40,644 nt of DNA, taken from the UHGV virus genome UHGV-0357162. The stretch is one strand, 5' to 3'. This document shows, in pieces, positions 16,541 to 25,384 of this stretch. Numbering within the stretch: position 1 is the first letter of the stretch; each line of letters begins with the position of its first letter. The stretch is from a virus. A program made the translations under genes and the position numbers. The notes beneath the pieces were generated by a model. That model was not told the origin of the DNA. It was given only the letters and a program-made list of their open reading frames with translations, and did no database searches.

Positions 16541-17008
16541 ATGCAGACCTTCAGTGAAACAGATCTTCGCGATGCGCAGGCACTGCTGCCCGATTCCGTG
16601 CAGCAACTGATTAGCGTGATTGGCTTCCCCGCCCTGACCCGGTTAATCCGTTCTTTTGGTGGCGTGACGTTAAGCGGTAAAACCGGCGCACACGCCGAAC
16701 GCACCGGCGGCGTCCATGCCCTGTTACATGATGTTCTGACCGAAGACGAAATCAACAAACTGATCCGCTTTCTTGGCGGTGCTCCGTTTTACATTCCCCG
16801 TTGCGATCATGCGTTACGTGCCCTGCGTAACACCCGTTTTATGGCTGATTTACAGCAGCATGTAAAAGACGGATGCTCACACCGGCAGGCGCTGGCACTG
16901 CTCTGTCCCCGTTACGGCATTTCAGACCGGTACGCATGGCAGCTGATACACCGACGACAAAAACAGACTTCGCTGAAAAGCCCCACCCAGGTGGGGCTTT
17001 TTGATTAA
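16541..17008 (+). CDS. mor: Mor/C-family transcriptional activator
   Basis: 155 aa; position after the GemA-like gene; C-terminal HTH-like region (RQALALLCPRYGISDRYAWQLIHRRQ) as in the Mu Mor/C family. Confidence 0.6.
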   Translation: MQTFSETDLRDAQALLPDSVQQLISVIGFPALTRLIRSFGGVTLSGKTGAHAERTGGVHALLHDVLTEDEINKLIRFLGGAPFYIPRCDHALRALRNTRFMADLQQHVKDGCSHRQALALLCPRYGISDRYAWQLIHRRQKQTSLKSPTQVGLFD

Positions 17009-17034
17009 TGGGCCTCAGAAAAAAGGAGACACTT

Positions 17035-17313
17035 ATGACCAACTATATGGCACTTGGCGAGTATACGGCCTACTCAGAGCAGGCCCGGGATGCTGCCGGA
17101 CGTCGCTTTGCTTATATGAAAAATTTGGCCAGTCAGTTAAACCGAATGGCCGAACAACCGGATATGGTTGTTCAGGAAGAAGCGTTGCAGTGTGCCATTG
17201 CTGACATCATCGCCAGCGAAAACGAGATGCGCGCAGCGATGGAAAAGGCGAACGCCTCTGCTCCGCTTTGTAATAAACCTCTTATTACGCCGGATTCTCT
17301 TTCCCGCTTCTGA
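17035..17313 (+). CDS. hypothetical protein
   Basis: ATG at 17035 (MTNYMALGEY) preceded by AAGGAG; the track ORF starts at 17008. Confidence 0.4.
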   Translation: MTNYMALGEYTAYSEQARDAAGRRFAYMKNLASQLNRMAEQPDMVVQEEALQCAIADIIASENEMRAAMEKANASAPLCNKPLITPDSLSRF

Positions 17314-17335
17314 TTTATCACCCCGCCGCCGCGGG

Positions 17336-17360
17336 GTGCTGAACTCCCCCAGCAGTACCC
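17336..17360 (+). promoter_or_regulatory. conserved late-promoter box, copy 1 (GTGCTGAACTCCCCCAGCAGTACCC), upstream of the lysis cassette
   Basis: One of three copies of GTGCTGAAC(A/T)CCC(T/C)CA found upstream of late operons. Confidence 0.45.
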
Positions 17361-17495
17361 ACCACACCAGACCGTTTACCCTGTCCACTCAGACCACAAG
17401 GTACCTTAAGGGATAGCGCCCTGCAAAAGGCTTTTGTGCCTTTGACAGGGTGTTATTTACGGGCCGTCAGTGGCTCAGATTTACAGGAGAAACTC

Positions 17496-17888
17496 ATGTC
17501 TGAACCCTTATCAGGCGGCGGAGCTGTGGCAGTCACCATCGGTGGTGCCAGTGTGTTTGGCCTTCTCACCAATACCGATTTCGGGGTCGTGGTGGGCGCG
17601 TTTGCCGGGGCGCTTTTTGTTGTCACGCAGCAGAAAGAAATCCCGGTATGGCGAATGGCCATCCACCTGCTCGTCGCGTTTGTGGTTGGCGTTCTGGGGG
17701 CTGGTGTGGCTGCGTCACTGATGCAGTGGCTGACCCACTACAACGACAAACCGCTCGATGCATTGTGTGCGGTCGGTGTCTCTGCTTTATCCATCAAGAT
17801 ACTGACTTTTCTTTATCAACAGGAAATTTCATCGCTGTTCGGCCTGTTTTCCAGACTGCGCGGCGGAGGGGGTGGAAATGGAAAGTAG
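17496..17888 (+). CDS. membrane protein, holin-like (lysis cassette)
   Basis: ATG after AGGAGA RBS; about 130 aa with three hydrophobic segments and a Gly-rich charged C-terminus; directly upstream of the endolysin. Confidence 0.45.
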   Translation: MSEPLSGGGAVAVTIGGASVFGLLTNTDFGVVVGAFAGALFVVTQQKEIPVWRMAIHLLVAFVVGVLGAGVAASLMQWLTHYNDKPLDALCAVGVSALSIKILTFLYQQEISSLFGLFSRLRGGGGGNGK

Positions 17889-18156
17889 CCTTGCCGGTAT
17901 CGTGAACGTCTGGCTGTGTCTCGCCATTGTGCTGGGGTTGTTTGTGTATCGCCGCCACGGTGCGGCGCATAAACCGATGATTACCTGGTTGGCGTACTGG
18001 CTGATGCTCGGCTACATCATCATCCCGTTCCGCTGGCTGTCCGGTACATACACGCACTCCAGCTGGCTGGTTGTGGCGCTGAATCTGGTTTTCTGTGCGC
18101 TTATCGTGTGGGCGCACGGGAATTTGTCAAAAATCCTTTCGTTATTGCGGAGGTGA
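17878..18156 (+). CDS. membrane protein (holin/antiholin-like)
   Basis: 92 aa, strongly hydrophobic with several Trp; GGAGG RBS; overlaps the end of the previous gene. Confidence 0.4.
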   Translation: MESSLAGIVNVWLCLAIVLGLFVYRRHGAAHKPMITWLAYWLMLGYIIIPFRWLSGTYTHSSWLVVALNLVFCALIVWAHGNLSKILSLLRR

Positions 18157-18158
18157 AT

Positions 18159-18536
18159 ATGTCGGGAAAATTCCGTTTCAGTCAACGTAGCGAAAAAAAT
18201 CTGGCTGGCGTAAAGCCACAACTGGTGGCGGTTGTACGCCGTGCACTGGCGTTGTCGGACGTCGATTTTGGTATTACCGAAGGTTTACGCACGAAAGAAC
18301 GTCAGAAACAACTTGTCGCTGAAGGCAAGAGCCAGACCATGAACAGCCGTCACCTTACTGGCGATGCCGTTGATGTCGTGGCTTACGTTGGTAGCACCAT
18401 TTCATGGGACTGGCCGTTATACGAAAAAATCGCCCGTGCCTTTAAACAGGCTGCCGCAGAACTGGGTGTCGCCATCGAATGGGGCGGAGACTGGAAAACG
18501 CTGAAAGACGGGCCTCATTTCCAGTTAAAACGCTGA
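18159..18536 (+). CDS. endolysin, peptidase M15 family
   Basis: Start MSGKFRF after GGAGGTG RBS; zinc-ligand motifs SRHLTGDAVD and DGPHFQ typical of M15 peptidases. Confidence 0.75.
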   Translation: MSGKFRFSQRSEKNLAGVKPQLVAVVRRALALSDVDFGITEGLRTKERQKQLVAEGKSQTMNSRHLTGDAVDVVAYVGSTISWDWPLYEKIARAFKQAAAELGVAIEWGGDWKTLKDGPHFQLKR

Positions 18537-18549
18537 TTCGGGACGGGTT

Positions 18550-18732
18550 ATGAACAGAAGTCACTGGACCCACAGAACGCCACGTAAAGCCGCGCGCTGT
18601 GTTCTGGCCCTGTTTCTGATGATGTTGCTTCCGGTGGGATGCACAGACATTAACAGAGCGGGCCAGCTGTTTGACGCGGCGGCGCAGGTCTGCCGGATTA
18701 TTGACGGTATCCGGCAGTGTTCGCAGAACTGA
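18550..18732 (+). CDS. putative lipoprotein (o-spanin-like)
   Basis: 60 aa; hydrophobic leader ending in lipobox-like PVGC; immediately after the endolysin. Confidence 0.35.
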   Translation: MNRSHWTHRTPRKAARCVLALFLMMLLPVGCTDINRAGQLFDAAAQVCRIIDGIRQCSQN

Positions 18733-18752
18733 TTTTTTGAAGGTCTGACACG

Positions 18753-18959
18753 GTGAGCATTATCAGATTTACAGAATACACAGGTTCAGGAGGTGCTGGC
18801 GCTGTCATGGTGCTCGCTGAACGCATCACCCATTTTTACCGTCAGTACGGTACACATGATGGCACAGTCATTGAACTGGATACCGGGAAAAACGTGTTCG
18901 TTCTTGAAAATCCCGACGAAGTTCAGCGCAGGATTGAACAGGCTCAGAAGGACACTTAA
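18753..18959 (+). CDS. hypothetical protein
   Basis: 68 aa ORF between the lysis genes and the gp27-like gene. Confidence 0.35.
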   Translation: MSIIRFTEYTGSGGAGAVMVLAERITHFYRQYGTHDGTVIELDTGKNVFVLENPDEVQRRIEQAQKDT

Positions 18960-19459
18960 TGGCGTGGTCACAGGATATCAGGGACAAAGTCCGTAACGGG
19001 TACATCTTTGACCAGCTTCCGCTGGATATCGTCGCCATGAAGTACGCCGTGCCGCACGATACCGCGCGGCGCTGGAAAACGCAGGCGATGAAGAACGGCG
19101 ACGACTGGGACAAGCTGCGGGCCGCGCACGCGCTCGCCGGTGACGGGCTGGAAAGTGTCGCCCGCACCGTGCTTATCAGTCTGGTGGTGAAGTGTCAGAC
19201 GACGCTTGAACGGCTGAACCAGAACCCGGACATCCCGCCGCAGGAGTCCGTCGAACTGCTGGCGAGTCTGTCCGACAGTCTCAGTAAGGCGGTGGCCAGT
19301 AGCAAAAAAATCCTGCCGGAAACCGACCGGCTCGCCACGGCACTGGAAGTGGTGCAGCGGCTCGGCGCGTTCATCAAGGAGCGTCACCCGGCACAGTATG
19401 CCGCGTTCCTTGAGGTGCTCGAAGGCTTCGCTAAAGAGCTTGAGGATAATTTCAGTTAA
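18959..19459 (+). CDS. Mu gp27-like protein (DUF1804), putative terminase small subunit
   Basis: 166 aa; conserved position upstream of the large terminase in Mu-like phages. Confidence 0.5.
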   Translation: MAWSQDIRDKVRNGYIFDQLPLDIVAMKYAVPHDTARRWKTQAMKNGDDWDKLRAAHALAGDGLESVARTVLISLVVKCQTTLERLNQNPDIPPQESVELLASLSDSLSKAVASSKKILPETDRLATALEVVQRLGAFIKERHPAQYAAFLEVLEGFAKELEDNFS

Positions 19460-19505
19460 CCACAGCGGCCCGGTTTTCCGGGCCGTCTGATATTCGGGAT
19501 TTGTA

Positions 19506-20246
19506 ATGCAAAAACAGATTATTGGTAACGCAACGTTGTATTGCGGTGATGTTCTTGATGTGCTGCCGGCGTTATCCGAACGTTTTGATGCCGTCATTAC
19601 CGACCCGCCTTACAGCAGTGGTGGCACACACAAATCAGACCGCAGCATGGCCCCTTCGGACAAGTATGTCGGTCACACCCAGTATGCCGAGTTCACCGGC
19701 GATAACCGCGACCAGCGCAGCTGGGCGTTCTGGTGTTCCATGTGGATATCTCATGCATTGCACAGACTGAATCCCGGCGGTTATTTCATGGTGTTCAGTG
19801 ACTGGCGACAACTACCGGCGCTTACCGATGCATTTCAGGCCGGTGGTGTGCTGTGGCGCGGTCTGGTTGTCTGGGATAAAACGCTTGCTTCCCGTGCGCC
19901 ACACACCGGCTATTTCCGGCATCAGGCCGAGTATGTGGTCTGGGGCAGCAACGGAAAACTCGACAAATGTCCGCACGGTGGCCCGTTCCCGGGCGTGATT
20001 ACGCAGCGTGTTGTCCCGTCCGAAAAACTGCACATGACCGCAAAGCCGGTTCAGCTGATGGCCGAGCTGGTTAAACCGCTGGCACCGGATGCGCACGTCC
20101 TCGATCCGTTTATGGGAAGCGGCACCACCGCCATCCCTGTACTTGCCCGTGGCGGACGGTTTACCGGCATTGAAATGACTAACCAGTATTTTGATATCGC
20201 CTGCGCACGTCTCGAAAAAGCGCAGGCAGAAGCAGCGCAGGTGTGA
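19506..20246 (+). CDS. DNA methyltransferase, beta-class (N6-adenine or N4-cytosine)
   Basis: DPPY catalytic motif near residue 33 and AdoMet motif DPFMGSGTT near residue 203, i.e. motif IV before motif I. Confidence 0.75.
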   Translation: MQKQIIGNATLYCGDVLDVLPALSERFDAVITDPPYSSGGTHKSDRSMAPSDKYVGHTQYAEFTGDNRDQRSWAFWCSMWISHALHRLNPGGYFMVFSDWRQLPALTDAFQAGGVLWRGLVVWDKTLASRAPHTGYFRHQAEYVVWGSNGKLDKCPHGGPFPGVITQRVVPSEKLHMTAKPVQLMAELVKPLAPDAHVLDPFMGSGTTAIPVLARGGRFTGIEMTNQYFDIACARLEKAQAEAAQV

Positions 20247-20247
20247 C

Positions 20248-21888
20248 GTGGCAAAACGTAAACTTTCCATTAAAGAGTTTCAGAGAAGCCTGCAGGAGTA
20301 CATCGCCAACCTCCGCCAGACCATTGAGGCTGAATGTCTGGGGTTCGATGTTAACCCACAGGCCACACAGGCCCGCCGGGCGGCAGTCTGCGATCCGGTG
20401 ACGGGCTATGATTATTTTGTCGAAAATTATTTCCCGCACTACGTCCGCAACCCGGCAAAAAGCGAGCTGCATAAATACCTGTTCAGCCGTCTGCCACAGG
20501 TTGTGGCAAGCCCGGACCCGGAGAACGACGCCATCGCCGCGCCCCGTGGTGAAGCAAAATCCACGCTGGTGACGCAGCTGTTTACCCTGTGGACCATTAT
20601 CCAGGCCATTAAGCATTACCCGGTCATCATTATGGACAGTATCGACCAGGCTTATCCGATGCTGGAAGCCATCAAGGCTGAACTGGAATTTAACCCCCGT
20701 TTAAAAAACGATTTCCCGGAAGTGTGCGGGCAGGGGCGCGTCTGGCGTATGGGGACCATCGTCACGGCCAACAATATCAAGGTGACCGTTGCCGGTAGTG
20801 GTAAAAAGCTGCGTGGTCTGCGCCACGGTCCGTACCGTCCTGACCTGGTTATCCTCGACGACATCGAGAACGACGAGATGGTGCGTAACCCGGAGCAGCG
20901 CGACAAGCTACATGACTGGCTCACCAAAACCGTGATGCCGCTGGGCGAGGCTGGCGGTAAAACAGATATTATTTATATCGGGACCATCCTGCATTACGAC
21001 TCCGTACTGTCGCGCACACTCAATAACCCGATGTGGAAAACGGCCCGTTTTAAGGCCGTCATTCAGTGGCCTGCCAATATGAAACTGTGGGACGAGTGGG
21101 AAGAACTCATCCGCAACAAACAGCCGGAAGCGGCGGAGGCACTTTACCGGCAGAACGAAGCCGAGATGCTCGCCGGGTCGGTGGTGTCATGGGCGGCGCG
21201 TCCCCTGCTGGCGCTGATGAAAATCCGTGTCCGTGATGGTCACGACACCTTTGATTCTGAATACCAGAACGACCCGGTCAGCGGTGAAGATGCGCTGTTT
21301 GCGGGCTGCATTAAGTTCTGGGTTAACCGTCTTGATGAATGGGTGTTTTATGGTGCTGTTGACCCCAGTCTCGGGAAGAAAAACAAAAACCGCGACCCGT
21401 CGGCCATTCTCGTGGGGGGCTTTAACCGCTTTACCGGCATTCTGGATGTGGTTGAAGCCGATATCCGCCGACGTCTGCCGAATAAACTTATCGAAGACGT
21501 GATTAAGTATCAGCGGGAATATCACTGCCTGTGCTGGTCGTTTGAGTCCGTCCAGTTTCAGGAGTTTCTGCGTACCGTGCTGGTTGAGCGTTCGGCGGCG
21601 CTGGGCGTACCGGTTCCGGCGCTGCCGGTCATCCCGCTGGAGGATAAGGCGCTGCGTATTGAATCCCTTCAGCCGCATATGGCCAACGGCCTGATTCGTA
21701 TCAGCCACACACATCAGACACTGATTGACCAGCTGCGCCACTACCCCAAAGCCGACCACGATGATGGCCCGGACTGTCTGCACATGCTGTGGACGCTGGC
21801 GGTATCGCGCAGCGCAAAATTTCAGATTCACACCCCACGCAGCAGCGGGCGTGACCGTGGCGGGCGTTTTGGTTCAGGAGGATGGTAA
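20248..21888 (+). CDS. terminase large subunit (Mu gp28-like)
   Basis: About 547 aa from GTG 20248; the track ORF begins at a TTG at 20191 inside the methyltransferase gene; followed by portal with overlapping start. Confidence 0.7.
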   Translation: MAKRKLSIKEFQRSLQEYIANLRQTIEAECLGFDVNPQATQARRAAVCDPVTGYDYFVENYFPHYVRNPAKSELHKYLFSRLPQVVASPDPENDAIAAPRGEAKSTLVTQLFTLWTIIQAIKHYPVIIMDSIDQAYPMLEAIKAELEFNPRLKNDFPEVCGQGRVWRMGTIVTANNIKVTVAGSGKKLRGLRHGPYRPDLVILDDIENDEMVRNPEQRDKLHDWLTKTVMPLGEAGGKTDIIYIGTILHYDSVLSRTLNNPMWKTARFKAVIQWPANMKLWDEWEELIRNKQPEAAEALYRQNEAEMLAGSVVSWAARPLLALMKIRVRDGHDTFDSEYQNDPVSGEDALFAGCIKFWVNRLDEWVFYGAVDPSLGKKNKNRDPSAILVGGFNRFTGILDVVEADIRRRLPNKLIEDVIKYQREYHCLCWSFESVQFQEFLRTVLVERSAALGVPVPALPVIPLEDKALRIESLQPHMANGLIRISHTHQTLIDQLRHYPKADHDDGPDCLHMLWTLAVSRSAKFQIHTPRSSGRDRGGRFGSGGW

Positions 21889-23483
21889 TGGCACAGCTTG
21901 TTGATATTTACGGACGCCCGCTGAAACGTGAGGCTCTCAAAACCACGCAGTCGGTCAGAGTGGCGGAACGGCTGCGCATTTATCCCGACCACCCGTCGCG
22001 TGGTCTGAACATCAGAAAACTGCCGCGCATTCTGGAAGCTGCCGAACGCGGTTATCTTCCGGCGCAGGCGATGCTGTTTGCGGATATGGAAGAGCGTGAT
22101 GGCCATCTGTTCGCCGAGATGGAAAAGCGCAAAAAAGCGTTGCTGACGCTGGACTGGTCGGTGGAGCCGCCACGCAATGCCTCGAAGGCAGAAAAGGAGC
22201 TGGCCGCCGCCGTGGATGAATGGCTGCACGGCATCCCGGACATGGAGGACATCATCCTCAACGGGATGAGCAGTGTCGGTTACGGCTTCAGCTGTCAGGA
22301 AATCAGCTGGGCGTTCGTGGATAAAACGTGGTTACCGGATGCGGTGACGCTGCGCCCGCATAACTGGTTCATTACCCTGCCGGAACACAATGACGAACTC
22401 CGGCTGGATGACGGTGGTCGCGGGGAAGACGGTAAGGACGGTTCCGCACTGTGGCCGTTCGGCTGGCTGGTTCATCGTTATAACGCCCGGTCGGGATTTC
22501 TGGGTTCATCCGGTCTGTTCCGCGTACTGGTCTGGCCGTATCTGTTCAAAAACTTTGCGCTGCGTGATATGGCGGAGTTTCTGGAGATTTACGGTCTTCC
22601 GGCGCGCATTGCCTACTATGCACAGGGCACCAGTGACGCGGACCGTGACAGGATCCTTGACGCCCTGGTCAATCTGGGCCATGAAGCGGTGGCCGCACTG
22701 CCGCAGGGTAATGAGATTGAATTCAAGGAGGCCGCCTCCGGCGGGCCGGAGGCGTTCATGTCGATGGTGGAATGGGCGGAGCGCACCACCTCAAAAGTGA
22801 TTCTGGGCAGTACGCTGACCAGCCAGGCTGACGGTAAAACCTCCACCAACGCGCTGGGTAATGTCCATAACGAGGTCCGGCACGACATTCTGGCCGCCGA
22901 TGCGCGCCAGCTGTCCGGCATGTTCAGCAGCCTGATACAGATGATGGCCAGCCTCAACGGCTGGCAGGATATCCCGCCACGCCGTCTGCCGCGTCTGGTG
23001 TTTGATGTGCAGCAGGAAGCCGACATCAAGGGCGTGGCGGAAGCTGTCAGCGTGCTGGTCAACAATGTGGGGATGAAAGATATCCCGGTGTCGTGGGTAC
23101 GCAAAAAAACCGGTATTCCCACTCCGAAAGACGGCGAAGAGGTACTGGTGCCGGTGGCACAGCGTCTCCCTGTGCAGGCCAGCCTCAGCCAGCTGCGTGA
23201 GCGGCTGAATGTTGCCGCGCTCAGTCAGCAGGACAACGGGGAGGACGACCCGGCACAGCGCGCCATCGACCGGGCAGAACTTCCGGCAGAGGCCATCGCG
23301 CAGGGGATGAACGAACTGGTGGTCCCACTGGTGCAGGCCATACAGGAAGGCCGGGATGCGGACGAGGCCATGAACGTACTGGCGGAAGCGTGGCCGGAAC
23401 TGCCGGATGACACGCTGCGGCAGTTGCTGACACAGGCATTTTTTGTGGCGGATATCTGGGGGCGACTGAATGCCGACAGCTGA
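21882..23483 (+). CDS. portal protein (Mu gp29-like, DUF935)
   Basis: 533 aa; position between terminase and F; overlapping starts. Confidence 0.8.
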   Translation: MVMAQLVDIYGRPLKREALKTTQSVRVAERLRIYPDHPSRGLNIRKLPRILEAAERGYLPAQAMLFADMEERDGHLFAEMEKRKKALLTLDWSVEPPRNASKAEKELAAAVDEWLHGIPDMEDIILNGMSSVGYGFSCQEISWAFVDKTWLPDAVTLRPHNWFITLPEHNDELRLDDGGRGEDGKDGSALWPFGWLVHRYNARSGFLGSSGLFRVLVWPYLFKNFALRDMAEFLEIYGLPARIAYYAQGTSDADRDRILDALVNLGHEAVAALPQGNEIEFKEAASGGPEAFMSMVEWAERTTSKVILGSTLTSQADGKTSTNALGNVHNEVRHDILAADARQLSGMFSSLIQMMASLNGWQDIPPRRLPRLVFDVQQEADIKGVAEAVSVLVNNVGMKDIPVSWVRKKTGIPTPKDGEEVLVPVAQRLPVQASLSQLRERLNVAALSQQDNGEDDPAQRAIDRAELPAEAIAQGMNELVVPLVQAIQEGRDADEAMNVLAEAWPELPDDTLRQLLTQAFFVADIWGRLNADS

Positions 23484-24636
23484 CGATGTTGACCTGGGTT
23501 ATGCGTACACCCTGAAACCGGAAGAAGCGATTAAGTATTTCGAAAACAAGGGATACGTTATCGGCTTCCGCTGGCACGATGTGAAGGACATCGCCAACGC
23601 CCGGGCGTTCACGGTGGCGGGTGTGCTGAAACTGGATGTGCTGAAGGATATCCGTGATGGCCTGACGGCGGCACTGGCTGACGGCGGGACGTTCCGGGAG
23701 TTTGCTGCACAACTGGAACCACTGCTGGAATCAAAAGGCTGGCTGGGTAAAAAACTGATTGTGGACGAGGACACCGGCGAACTGCACGGCAGACAGCTGA
23801 CGCCGCGCCGGTTGCGCACGATATTTGATACCAACATTCAGTCGTCCTACAACGCCGGACGTTATCAGCAGCAGATGGCGAACGTGGCCGACCGGCCTTA
23901 TTTTGAGCGCGTGGCGGTGATGGACCTTCACACCCGCCCGAAACACGCCGCCCTGAACGGCTTTACCGCCCGGGCGGATGACCCGGTCTGGGAGTATTTC
24001 TACGCGCCTGACGGGTACGGATGTCGCTGCCGTATCCGGGCGCGTTCGGCGTCTGATGTGGAGAAATACGGCCTGACGGTGCAGAGCAGCGAGGGGCGAC
24101 TGGTTGAGGTTGAGCAGGAATATGGACAGCCGGGCCAGACCATCAGAACAATGGGGCTGAAGATGCCGGACGGCTCCGTGTATACCGCCGACCCGGGCTT
24201 CGGTTTTAACCCCGGCAAAGTGGCATGGCAGCCGGAACTGGAAAAATATGATTACCGCAGCGCCCGCCAGTACGTCACCGGCACCCTGACCGGGCCGGAC
24301 TTTGCCCGGGGGCTGGCGAACGTCAGCGAACTGGATGCGCGCCAGCGGTATCCACTGGCCATCCGTTCGCCGGAACAGGTCGCCGCCACGGGCGCTGCAC
24401 GGCAGACGGTAAACCTTACGGCTGACGTTATGAAGCGCCTCAGTGCAACAGACACGCCCCCGACCGCCGCCGACTATGCGCTGATGCAGCAGACCATCGA
24501 ACGGGCGGAGCATGTCACGCAGGACGGTAACGCGTGGCGGTATGCGTTACAGTCGGGAGACCGCTGGTCAGTGGCGACGGTGGAGGATGACGTGCTGACA
24601 GACTGGGTTATGCAGGACACACCGGAGGCATCATGA
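23470..24636 (+). CDS. Mu F-like head morphogenesis protein (gp30)
   Basis: 388 aa; position after portal. Confidence 0.7.
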   Translation: MPTADDVDLGYAYTLKPEEAIKYFENKGYVIGFRWHDVKDIANARAFTVAGVLKLDVLKDIRDGLTAALADGGTFREFAAQLEPLLESKGWLGKKLIVDEDTGELHGRQLTPRRLRTIFDTNIQSSYNAGRYQQQMANVADRPYFERVAVMDLHTRPKHAALNGFTARADDPVWEYFYAPDGYGCRCRIRARSASDVEKYGLTVQSSEGRLVEVEQEYGQPGQTIRTMGLKMPDGSVYTADPGFGFNPGKVAWQPELEKYDYRSARQYVTGTLTGPDFARGLANVSELDARQRYPLAIRSPEQVAATGAARQTVNLTADVMKRLSATDTPPTAADYALMQQTIERAEHVTQDGNAWRYALQSGDRWSVATVEDDVLTDWVMQDTPEAS

Positions 24637-25184
24637 GCAGCGGTAAACTGGATATTAAGATTGATTTAAGCGCGTATAACACCACGCTGGGTAAACTGAT
24701 TCGTTCCGTGAAGGACCGGCGCGACCTGATGACGGCACTTGCAGGCTCCATGCTGGATGCGGTTGAGACTAACTTTGAACAGCAGGGTCGCCCGAAATGG
24801 ATGGGCTGGAGTCCGGCTTATGCGAAGCGACGCGGCCCCGGGCAAATCCTTCAGAAGTCCGGGCGACTGGCTGCCAGTATCCGCTCTGCGGTTAACAATA
24901 ACGAGGCCACGGTCGGGACAAACGTCCGTTATGCCCGTATCCACAACGAAGGCGGTGAAATCCGCCATCAGGCACGGACGCAGAACCTGTATTTTAAACA
25001 GTACAAAAACGGCAGCGTCAGCCCCCGTTTTGTGAAAAAGCGCAACAGTAATTTTGTGCAGAATGCAACAGTGGGAGCGTATACGGTCAACATGCCCGCG
25101 CGCCCCTTCCTTCAGCTTGTGCAGGACGACATCGACGAGCTGGAGAACACCGCAAACCGCTATTTTGCGCGTGTGATTGACTGA
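24633..25184 (+). CDS. Mu G-like virion morphogenesis protein
   Basis: 183 aa; position after F. Confidence 0.55.
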   Translation: MSSGKLDIKIDLSAYNTTLGKLIRSVKDRRDLMTALAGSMLDAVETNFEQQGRPKWMGWSPAYAKRRGPGQILQKSGRLAASIRSAVNNNEATVGTNVRYARIHNEGGEIRHQARTQNLYFKQYKNGSVSPRFVKKRNSNFVQNATVGAYTVNMPARPFLQLVQDDIDELENTANRYFARVID

Positions 25185-25339
25185 ATGACCAGAAACGCGC
25201 TGTAATCGTCTGTGACAACATAAACGCCTCACGGATGAGGCATTACAGCACTGCACCCCGTAAATGCCGTCAGAATCATTTTTAAAAGGGTTTTAAAAAC
25301 GGTTTTATTTCCACTTTTATCCTTTCCCGTTATGGCAGG

Positions 25340-25368
25340 GTGCTGAACACCCTCAACAGTACCCCGTG
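25340..25368 (+). promoter_or_regulatory. conserved late-promoter box, copy 2 (GTGCTGAACACCCTCAACAGTACCCC), upstream of gene I
   Basis: Shares GTGCTGAAC(A/T)CCC(T/C)CA with copies at 17336 and 37287; the GTG of the box is the artefactual track start. Confidence 0.45.
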
Positions 25369-25384
25369 TTCCCCTTTCGTCATC

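Noticed and set aside
17319-17338. GC-rich hairpin CACCCCGC-cgcc-GCGGGGTG after the 17035..17313 gene as a terminator
   Set aside because: No downstream T-tract and it overlaps the start of the late-promoter box; more likely incidental or part of the activator site.
19812-25256. Long antisense ORFs within terminase, portal, F and G genes (for example 19812..20270, 21187..21831, 22616..23122, 23731..24513, 24666..25256)
   Set aside because: High GC gives stop-poor antisense frames; the sense-strand genes have conserved order, overlapping starts and recognisable identities.
25340-25384. GTG at 25340 as the start of the I protease/scaffold gene
   Set aside because: That GTG is the first codon of the conserved late-promoter box, so these codons are promoter DNA; the first ATG downstream (25385 to 25400) was used.
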